A stretch of 56,543 nt of DNA, filler included, from Fonticula-like sp. SCN 57-25 (lineage: Eukaryota), in NCBI GenBank assembly GCA_001724245.1. It is 4 parts of 4 records of this genome, joined end to end, with 100 filler letters (N's around TTAATTAATTAA, not from the genome) between each part and the next. Parts side by side here need not be neighbours in the genome. Positions count along the whole stretch, not along the records: positions 42,608 to 56,543 come from MEDX01000166.1; 3 more parts are not named here. The stretch is one strand, 5' to 3'. Numbering within the stretch: the stretch's first letter is position 1; every line of letters starts with the position of its first letter. Both the position numbers and the translations under genes were made by a program. Below are positions 47,529 through 56,543 of this stretch, in pieces. A model generated the notes under the pieces. That model was not told the DNA's origin and did not search any database. It was given only the letters and a program-made list of their open reading frames with translations.

Positions 47529-48067
47529 TGTGCAGACAGTGATATGTTACGCTCACTGAACGCACTCTGTGGTGGCTCCAATGGCAAAAATCGCGTTACT
47601 AGTAAAACGCAACAGAGCGTTTAAGTCGTGACCCAGCCGAGCGATGCAACTCTATGCACGTCCCTTTCATGTGGATTGCAGCAAGGATGTGCCCTTATAG
47701 GAATGCTTAAGGCATGCGCATCATGGGCGAGACATATTTTGATTTTATCGACAATGCGGGGACAATACTTATGTGATGATGAGAGTCCCTCTATGACGGG
47801 ATTTGAGAATCTATCGCAAGGATGTTCAGTAGGGTAGCGGCGCGGTTGCAACAATCCGCGACAGCTCGGCGCACCTACGTATCGGTTAGTATTATTACTG
47901 GATTTAATAATATTGTTTGGCTTTCTTAGTATTGCTATTGGATTTGCTGATTATAAAAGCAGTATCAAGCGCCTACATACAACAAATCAAAAAACAACAA
48001 TAGAAGGTGATGAATATGGAAAGAAAGAAGGAAACACGTACGAGTGCTTCCTCAAGCCACAGAATAA

Positions 48068-48682
48068 TCAGTCGTTGAGTTGGTTAGCCAATTGATCTAG
48101 AACCAAGGACGCAGATGTGAGGAGGCTAAGTTGACAAGGCATGGAACCCAATTTCGAATACTGTTGGCAATCGCATCCGTCGACTGGCGAGTCAAGAGGA
48201 ACTGAAATCACTTGGTGAGGGGACTCGACTGGCGAGTCAAGAGGAACTGGAATCACTTGGTGAGGGGACTCGACCGCTGGGGCTTTATGTTGCTGCTGGA
48301 GAAGCTGTTCAAGGGATGCAATGTAACTTTCCTGTTCCGACACTTTTGAGCGTAATTTGTCGAGTTCAAGTAGAATTGGTGACGAGTGTTCCGGCCGCGT
48401 GCCCATCGAATTGTGCCGCTCATGCGAGCGTTTGTGGCGATGCAGGTCGTAAGACTGCACAAAACGTTTCCCACAGTCAGTGCATGCATGAGTAAAAACT
48501 TGCCGATGAAACCGGTCGTGTCGATCCAGCGCGTCCTTCCGACTGAACACCATCGTGCATTCCAAAAATTCGCAAGCGTACGGTTTTCTGTCAGCGTGGG
48601 TACGACGGTGGCGGGCAAAACCAGCCTTGGAGAATACCAACTTGCATGTGCTGCATTGACGACCCTTCCCTTCAAGGTCCAT
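48068..48682 (-). CDS. Three-finger C2H2 transcription factor with coiled coil and C-terminal Cys motif, intact and intronless
   Basis: Fingers CSTC..HRRTH, CEFLEC..HDRFH and CTDC..HKRSH with a KPYAC linker. Heptad region ELDKLRSKVSEQESYIASLEQLL and tail GCDCQ...PC. Confidence 0.88.
   Translation of the reverse strand: MDLEGKGRQCSTCKLVFSKAGFARHRRTHADRKPYACEFLECTMVFSRKDALDRHDRFHRQVFTHACTDCGKRFVQSYDLHRHKRSHERHNSMGTRPEHSSPILLELDKLRSKVSEQESYIASLEQLLQQQHKAPAVESPHQVIPVPLDSPVESPHQVISVPLDSPVDGCDCQQYSKLGSMPCQLSLLTSASLVLDQLANQLND
48180..48269. repeat. In-frame 45-nt tandem duplication within the ZnF gene (VESPHQVIxVPLDSP x2)
   Basis: Units 48180-48224 and 48225-48269 differ at one base. Confidence 0.95.
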
Positions 48683-48829
48683 GTTGACGACGCGTGCAAA
48701 ATCGTTCAAGGCTAGAATTGGCAATGCTTGGCAGGGCAGTACCGGCAATTAGTAATCAGTGCGTCAAGCACTTTCTCCGATCTGTACGCCACCTTGCGAG
48801 ATTGGAAATATGGATGGTCGTTAAGGCGC

Positions 48830-48962
48830 TCAACCACAGGTCAGCGTGCTGTGGTTGACGCTGAGCGTCCACGTCACTGATGACGTCATTTATGATGACT
48901 TCACCACAGCACAACCACAGCACAACCACAGCACGAACCACAGCACAGCTGACAACTACAGC
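48830..48962. promoter_or_regulatory. AACCACAGC/GCTGTGGTT cluster plus CRE palindrome in the divergent ZnF/P1B-ATPase promoter
   Basis: Exact copies at 48848 (reverse orientation), 48913, 48924 and 48936. One-mismatch copies at 48832, 48902 and 48954. ATGACGTCAT palindrome at 48880-48889. Confidence 0.75.
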
Positions 48963-49006
48963 ACGAAACTATTCCTCCGCATTGTCGCGGTGGTACCACA
49001 AGGCGC

Positions 49007-51500
49007 ATGGAGGGCTCTTAAACTGCAGTGACAGTATCAGAAGGGCCGCCGGAGCCCCTGGTAGCCAGCGGCTCTGTGAAAGTGCGACTAGCTGTTTGAA
49101 GTCAGTGTCGCTAATTTTGCTATCATTAGTGCAACGGAGATGGATGCTGCAAGACAGCTCAGAAGACCAGCATAGCAAGCACTGGGACTGTTAAACCGGT
49201 TACTGAGCCAGACACAGCCTTGGAAGATAGCGCGGCACCAGTGGATCCTGTCCCAACCAAGGTACGGCACTATTTGTATCGGCACCACCCATGCCAACAA
49301 TCTTTGTTATTTTATATCAATTCTCGTTGTGCAGAAGTGCAAAGGGAGTGCATGTTGCTCCAAGACTGTTGCTAAGAGAAGCATGGAGGGTGCACTTGCT
49401 GTTGGATCGGAGATGTTTGACACGAAGGATGCCATCGCGGAGCCAAGGGTGCTGCAAGGCAGCTGAGCGGAGCAGCATGGCTATCGATTTGGATGTTAAA
49501 CCGTTGAGTGAGCCAGAAGCATTTGCCCGACGGAACCAGTGGATCCTATCCCGACCAAGGTGCGGCACCGTTTGCATCGGCGCGACCCTTATTTAACAAT
49601 GATTTATTATATTTGTGTGCAGAAGTGTAAAGGGGGTGCATGCTGCTCCAAGACTCCCGCCAAAAGCAGTGTGGAGGGCGCTCCGGCTGTTGGACCGGAG
49701 ATGACCGACAAGAAGAATGCCATCATGGAGTCAAAGGTATGCGTGCTCGCACACTCCCATTGCATTCTCATGGCAAATAGAGTTGCAGTGACTAGCCATG
49801 CTGTACGAAAAATATTGTCTATCCTGCGGCGAAAACAATACTCCCGGCGAGCAGACAGGAGGACACTCCCTCTACCGACAACGCTACGAAGGCTGTCGCA
49901 GTTGTTGTTAGCCTGCTCTGCAGACGTCCTGGTCGGCTCAAACAACCGCCGTCCAACCTGCGGAGCGCGCCACGACAGAGGCTCGCGTTTCTTTTCATTC
50001 TTTTTTTGTTATAATCAAACAATAAATGACACGGGTTTTGTTTTAGGCGTGTATGAAGCCTTGCTGTGATAGAAATGCGGCTACTCTTCCGAGTCAGGTG
50101 ACCCCATTGAAGCAGCGTATCAAATGCTGCGCACAGTGCTGGTCACGTCAAGTGGCGTGCTGCAAGGTAGCGTGCTGCTCTGCTCTCTGCTGCGTGACTC
50201 AGTTGGCGTTTCCTGAGCCAGCCACATCCAGATCGTTCATCCAGCATGTGCAAGAGTTGTTCACGCGACAGTCCCGCGATGCCTCGTACACAGATGTGGA
50301 GATGAACGATGTGGGGGTGAAGGGCGAGCCTTGTGCAGTCTGGTTTTGTCGCCGAGGGAATTGACTGCGCCGACTGCGCCAACACCGTGCGTGATGCGCT
50401 CTTGCGCGAGCCTGGTGTCCGAGACGCCGTCGTCTCTGCTCTGACCGGCAAGGTGAGCGTGATGTACGATGGTAGTTTGTATTCTGACGACAAGGTGCTC
50501 GAGACTCTGAATCGCATTGGACTCAAAGGGCCAGCTTACGGGCATGGCTGTTATCATGCTCAAGCTCCGCGGGCAGCCAACGCTGGACGTGGTGCCAAGG
50601 CAATAGTGCTTTGCGCGACGCAAATGGCAATCCCGCGGACCAGCGCATCACGGTGGATTCCAAGGTTACCCCGCGCCTGCTTCGCGTCGAGTTTGACGCT
50701 CGCATGTTTGGTCCTCGTATGATCCTGGAGATGCTGCAGCGTGAGGGCATTGACTGCGAATTGAGCGACGACAACGAGGCTGCAGAGCATCCCGCGCAAA
50801 ACGAAGTGCATCGCTGGCAGCGGTCGACACTCCTCTCGCTGTTGTTTGCAATTCCCGTGTTTTTGGTTGCGTTCGTGCTGCCAAGCTGCGGGGAGGCCGT
50901 GAACGAGACGGTCAACAGGGCAGTGGGCCACGGCTTGTCCTTGTCCACACTGCTTATGCGTGTGGGTTTTTGCCACGCCCATCCAGTTTTACTGTGCGCG
51001 ACAACTTCACGGCTCGGCCTATCGTTCGTTGCGCTACTTGAAGCGGCCGAATATGGACGTGCTCGTGGTGCTCAGCTCGCTTGTCGGCTACGTCTACTCT
51101 GTCATTGTTGTGTTTGTGGCACTCGGTGGCGGCTTACAAGAAACTGGCGAGACCTTTTTTACGGCCTCCGCATTGTTGCTTGCATTAAATGCCGTTCTTC
51201 CTGACACACGAACGGGATGCCGCCTTCTCCTGTCGGGCGCGAAGCTTACACAACGAATCAACGTTTAGCGCCTTGAGATCGGACGTTACCATATCGGTGG
51301 AATATGTAGAGAGGGGACACCTCGGTTGTTATGCAGTAGGTGCTGGACGGCGGTCGGGGTTGTCAACGACAACTTGCGCAGTGTGACTATGGCAGACATC
51401 AGAATTCAATTAGATTTTTCTTGTTATCTGTAAACGGGGCGGTTGCGGGTAAAGAGAAAGACAATGTATTGAGAGACAATCAGCGTGGCCAACGGGCCCC
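49007..51500 (+). pseudogene. Heavy-metal P1B-type ATPase with Cys-rich N-terminus, disrupted and truncated in the actuator domain
   Basis: Repeated C-x4-CC exons, a CC-rich block (~50053-50200), HMA GIDCADC (~50357) and TM motifs FATPIQFY, PNMDVLVVL and FFTASALL. Stops at 49019 (TAA) and 49793 (TAG), plus several frameshifts. No CPC or DKTGT downstream. Confidence 0.85.
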
Positions 51501-54500
51501 ACGCACCAATCACAAGAGGGATACAACAATCCGGATCGAACACTATAGTCACCATACAACAACATACAATCAACATCCTTACAGTACACTACTCCTCTCA
51601 ATTAATTTTTCTTTCTCTTGTTGTGTTCACGACGTCTACCAGAATACACCAAAATATACAAACAAACACGATTCACAAATACGAGGTCACTACTCACAAG
51701 AATAACATCACTAATACAATAATAATATCTACTTCACAAATATAAGGTCACAAAATATAATATCACTACCTCTTCCCCCTTCCTTAATCGTGTGTGCTCT
51801 GCTTCCTCATATGCACGGATCAAGTCTGCGCTGACTTCCCCATGTGTCCGAATCATTGATCGTCCGCGACTCCGTATCCTTGCCACCGCACCAGATTCTG
51901 TGGCCACCTTCCAACGTGCCGACAATCGAGAATGCGCTCGACGGTATACTGCTGGTCGTCCGCGTCAATGGGGCCAGGGTCCAACTGATTCGATACGCCG
52001 CGTCGTTCGCGGTCACGCGTGCTTCAGACAGCGGCGCTGCGCGGTCGGTCAGAGAAGGTTCCATTTCAGGGTCGAAATCATCGCCGTCATCCAGTCGGGG
52101 AACATCGCGCGGCCTCACTGTACTTTCGTGAGTGTCGGCTTGCACTACGCGCAGACGCGATGCGTCCTAGATCAAAGTGCAGCGTTGTCGCAACCGACTG
52201 GTTCGACTCCCTGGAATGGTCATAACGCGCGACTAGAGTGTCGGCTTCTCCTGGGACTTTAGAGCATTCAGGCGCCGCGCATGAATGCGACATGGAGGTG
52301 CGCGGCCGACGCCACGCGCGTCGAAAGCACACGTATATAGAAATGCCGATGAGTACGCCGCTTATTCTGGCGCGCGTTCGATTGACTACCGCACCCACCG
52401 TGCTTGATGAGGCGAGGCCAAGCGTGGCAGCGTGTTCGCCGTCGGGTTTCCACACATCACTGAAAGGAGGGCATGAGGATGCTTACGTTTCGAGTCGGAA
52501 TCGAATTTGGAGTCGATATGCTGTAGTCGCGCGAAAGAAGATAGCACATCGTAGGTTCCGCGCGAAGCGTACCACATTCCAATGCAAAGCTGGCCAGGTC
52601 AAGTAAAGCCTACACAGCCACCCTTTATGTCGACACGCATTAGGGTAAGGGGGGATGTTGCAGCCGCAGCAATGTCAGCGGCACGCAGTCAGAGTGACGG
52701 TGACGCAGAGCGCTCGCTAGCATCTCCAGTAACAGGAATAATTGGTCATACGACTCGCACAAGTCGGACCGAGCGGCTTTTCTGGCGTGACAAGCACACT
52801 GGTCTGCTTTGGGAAGAATGAAAGGCACACACCGTACTGAAGCTGGTGGTACATGTAGACGGTCCCAATATGGAGTGAAATGAGCTTCAAGTACAAATTT
52901 TCCACAGGGACGATGAGCAGGGCGCACGTCGAGGGAAAGAAACGCGAACATGGCAGTCTTGCCCCCGCCATTTTCCTCAACTACAACGACGAACAGCGGA
53001 GTGCAAAAAGGGATTCCGCTTGAACACCACGAAACTCAGTTGAAGGCAGCTTGCAGAACAGCGGTGTTGCTCCAGCCGCCGCGACTCTGACGAACATCGA
53101 GCAGTTTGCTCGGGTGGCAACACCACCAATATTTCCCACAGTGTCTGTCAGGTGACAAGAAAAACTCCCAGTGGGAGACAGCGTGAAAAACGAAAATGAA
53201 TTGCCATATATGGTCGTGGTGGCCACGATTAATGAAGCGAAGGATTGGTTAACGTAGTCGGAGGATTGAAAAAATAAATACAAATTGGACGACATTGATC
53301 TAATGAAGAACCAGCAGACGCAGGAGAGAGAGAGAGGGAGGAAAACAGGTACAAAATGAAAGTGAGGAAACATTGAAGGAAGCTGAAGAGAAGTATGAGC
53401 AAAAAAAGAACGATCAAAGCAAAGGAAGGACACATTATAGTAGCACGATCTCTTCATGGCTTAGTTAAGAGCGTCGAGTCTAGATTCTTCGTCCAAAGGA
53501 GCAATGCATTGAGCAATTTCCCACGAAACGCGCGGTTGCCCCAAATGATATATATGAGCCTCAAGGCGGTCTCGTGCCTCAACGAGGTACCCGTGAAGAT
53601 TCGTCGAATGATCGCCAGTTATTTTAATTCCGCAAAGCAGCTCAAAAAGTGAAACTCTGCCTTGAGCATATGCCTCCTCCCAATTTTCACCAGGGCACAA
53701 AAACTGCCCCACGTTTCGCAGCACGTCGATAACAGACGGAATTGGCGGTCGTCGAGGTACGTGTTGCAGAAACCGTCCATTAACCTGGTAGAGGTCGACG
53801 GCGGCGGGAAAAAACTCGTCGTAAGGAAGCTCACTTTTGACAGCTGATAATTGCGAGAGTAGTGCAGCTGCCCTACTTTCATCATTCAGTGGACGACCGT
53901 CGCGGCCCTCATCTATGGAGTTCGCCATGGAGCCTGATTTGCGTCGTTGTAAAAAGTCGAGCGATGCGGCAGAGAGATTACGTCATCAATGGTATAGTTT
54001 TAAACCAGACTCGCGCCAATAAGGTGTGGTGTTTCCCAGCCGTGACCAACTCAACAAAATGGCGCTCGAGCGACGCGGGTTGGAGCGTCAGGAAGCGGCA
54101 GCGCTATTCAATGGCGCCGACCACAGAGAGGTGAATTCCTCGATATGGGATTGCTTTAAAGGACGACTAACATGTCGCTGTCTGTAGGTCTCGAGGCGGC
54201 TGCGCACAGCTCACATTATGCGGTTGTGACCATCCGCCAAGTGGCCTTGCGGGGGAACCGCCGCGCATCTAGCGGCGACAATAGCAGCAGGTCATAGGCT
54301 AGAGCTCAAGGGGCGACTAGTCTAGCCCGAGATGTCTGTCCGCTTTGCCGCCGTGGATGCGGACTGTTGCCCCCCATGTGGTCGCCTCAGTTCTTTTTGC
54401 AAAATTGACTGGGGTGCCGTTCACTGTCAACCACTGAGACGTCAACCATTGTCACAAGCCTGTCACAAGGATTGCTCAGCAAGATCAACGCAAGCTCTAG

Positions 54501-54965
54501 ATCATTCTAGGACCTTTTACCCCTCTACCAATATACGCATTGTCAGCCACGCTGCTTAATAAGCAAACTTCCCCTTAGTATAATTACGTGTAGCTTTTCG
54601 GGTTCTCAGTGTTCTTCTCTCTGCAAAGGTAATAAACCTCTGACACCTTCGATATCTGAACTCCTCCCTCATCACACGGTAAAAATGATTGTACGTCATC
54701 CAAAGATCCAGCCTGCACAGATCACAGATGCGGGATCGTGTGAGCGTAAATGGATTAAAGTGGCGTACCGCTTTATTGGTCGGCTTCAAAGTTCAATCAT
54801 CAAATAGCTAAAATATATAAATATGATTTCGATGCGACCTTTTCCGGAATAATTCGGCCGTTTGAAAGTTACGTGAAAACCAAATATATTGCGGGACCTG
54901 GTTCCAGAATATATTTATGTAAGCTAGTTTTAATTCTATCCTACATGCTTGATAGTCATTGGTAA

Positions 54966-56193
54966 TTAAATCGTCGTGGCCACGATACGACGCCTGGCAC
55001 TCGTGAAAAGTGCCTGCTCCTCAGTGCAGCATTCTGCCTCGATGCACGGGACGTCCTCAACGGTACCACGGCTTCCCTCCTGGTTAGAGCGACAACGCAT
55101 GCTGCATGATACCTCATCAAGCTGATGAAACTGCGCCGCGTCTTCGACAAACTCGTGTTGCAGCGTCGCAGAATGAATACCATGCGAGTGGAACGTGTTG
55201 TGAAGTTCCTGGGAGATGCTGGGGAGACGCTCCTTGACGCATACGATGTGCGAGGACGCCACTAGCTTGTTGTCCGTCAGCTGCCACACATGCAACTCGT
55301 GAACCTGTAGCACTCCGGGCACATCGAGGAGTGCGTTCTTGAGGTCATCCAGGTCAAGGTTACTGGGAAGAGTTCCCAGCAGAATGTTAGCGGTTGCGCG
55401 CACAAGTGGCACTGAGTGGAAGAGTAGAATGCCCACGACAACCAGCGTCAAGATCGGGTCGATGTAAACCGTGCCTGGCGCGTCAACCTTCCAAATAATC
55501 GCTGCACTAACGATCACTACCACGGAGCCCAAGGCGTCACCTGCCACATGTAAAAATGCGCCCCGCATGTTGTGGTCACGTGTGGCTCGTTTTTCAGTGG
55601 CGGATGGTTGCTCGGACTCAAGGTTGGCGTGGCTGTGTCCATGACCGTTCTCGAGCTCGAAGCGGCTATGCCCATGAGAGTCCTCGAGCCCGAGTTCGCC
55701 GTGCCAATGATCATTCTCGTTATGAGTACATGAAGAAGCATCGGCTTTGCGCACAACATGGCTGTGGCCATGCCCTCCACTGTGGCTATGGCCATGACCG
55801 CCCCCGCTGCCACTCAACAGCCCCAAGCCAATGATGTTAAAGCCCAGACCAACGGCACCAACGATAAGCACGAGTTCAGGATCTTCCACTGCCTCCGGCG
55901 TGAAGAGTCGTTCGACGGCGCTCACAAATAGAGAGAAGCACAGAGCTATCAGGAGCACGCCGTTGGCAAGCGCGCCAAGAGTTTCCAAACGACGCCAGCC
56001 GTAGGTATTCCTAGCGGAGCTTTTCTTGGCAACGCGAAGTGCTGTTATGGCTGTGATCAAGGAAATCATGTCCGAAAGCAAAGGCATCCGCGACGAGGGC
56101 GTTTGACTTGCTCATAGTTCCGACAACGATTTCGACGAAGAAAAACGCGGTCGTCAGGGTTAGGGTGACCATCAGGCGCCAAGTCCGGGCCAT
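54966..56193 (-). pseudogene. ZnT1/Zrc1-like CDF zinc transporter, full length but frameshifted in TM2 (pseudogene or assembly error)
   Basis: FFFVEIVVG..SNALVADAF/LSDMISL, NTYGWRRLE.LGAL.NG, His-rich loop, NMRGAFLHVAGDALGS, VHELHVWQL, HGIHSATLQ and a Cys-rich tail. The frame breaks at 56079/56080. Confidence 0.9.
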
Positions 56194-56225
56194 GCTTGCG
56201 AAAACGGCCGTTTGCCTGCCTGTTC

Positions 56226-56403
56226 AACCACAGCCGGAGGAAATATATACAGCATGTAACACCCAACCACAGCAAGGAACCACAGCGCAACCACCGCATC
56301 GTGACAACTGAAGAAATATGACACAACCACAGCACGCCAATCAACCGCAGCACGAACCACAGCGTGACAACCACAGCGTGACAACCATAGCGGCAACCAC
56401 AGC
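56226..56403. promoter_or_regulatory. Dense AACCACAGC/GCTGTGGTT cluster directly upstream of the CDF transporter
   Basis: Exact copies at 56226, 56265, 56278, 56325, 56355, 56369 and 56395. One-mismatch copies at 56289, 56343 and 56383. All have the same orientation and begin 33 bp upstream of the ATG. Confidence 0.8.
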
Positions 56404-56543
56404 GCGAAATTTGTACTGTAGATCAGTTACACCCATTGGGAAACGTTAAGGGTAGAGTCCAGGGGGGTACTCCTCCATAATCAATAAAGTGGCTAATCAC
56501 TGTCACCCCACCGGTTGTTCTGATTCGCTGTCGGCGGTTCGGT

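Noticed and set aside
49007-51500. Stop-codon reassignment or readthrough rescuing the P1B ATPase
   Set aside because: Both TAA and TAG occur along with frameshifts and loss of the catalytic half. All three stops terminate normal genes elsewhere in the window.
51734-51925. Lsr2-like DNA-binding motif (HGEVSADLIRAYEEA)
   Set aside because: It is a short resemblance lacking the RGR hook and conserved Trp in register, and it lies in a degraded region.
56070-56090. Programmed frameshift or micro-intron in the ZnT gene
   Set aside because: The conserved His-Met codons are missing rather than interrupted, and there is no GT-AG pair or slippery heptamer. A deletion or assembly error is simpler.
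56226-56403. AACCACAGC arrays as a CRISPR array or telomeric repeat
   Set aside because: The core is only 9 bp with short irregular spacers, there are no cas genes, the copies are not perfect head-to-tail, and they recur internally at promoters.

Overview
Eukaryotic DNA with a compact, GC-rich genome, short ~45-75 nt GT-AG introns (GTGCG/GTACG donors, CTRAC-like branch points) and the standard genetic code. The window is four separate contigs (14178, 14125, 14004 and 13936 bp, in descending length) joined by artificial 100-bp N44-TTAATTAATTAA-N44 linkers, so adjacency across linkers means nothing. Contigs 1-3 are mostly housekeeping genes: REV1, WASH1, Sog2-like LRR, ENA-type Na+ pump, SDS22, MON2, panB, NUP93, PRDX4-like, YIPF6 and NEF1-like. 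They also hold a giant NO VEIN/sacsin-like ATPase-DUF3883 nuclease and a divergent NUGGC-like GTPase. Contig 4 (42608-56543) is the standout, a partly decaying heavy-metal island: a His-rich small protein, a His-tagged ABCB half-transporter, a Cys-rich P1B ATPase pseudogene, a ZnT/CDF transporter and a Tc1 relic. It also encodes its own 3-finger C2H2 factor. The canonical zinc-finger code predicts that this factor binds GCT-GTG-GTT. That 9-mer occurs 12 times exactly, plus 7 one-mismatch copies, in three clusters in the promoters of the ABC/His-rich pair, the ZnF/ATPase pair and the ZnT gene. This is a candidate self-contained, autoregulated metal-response regulon. All family calls are by motif recognition, not database search.
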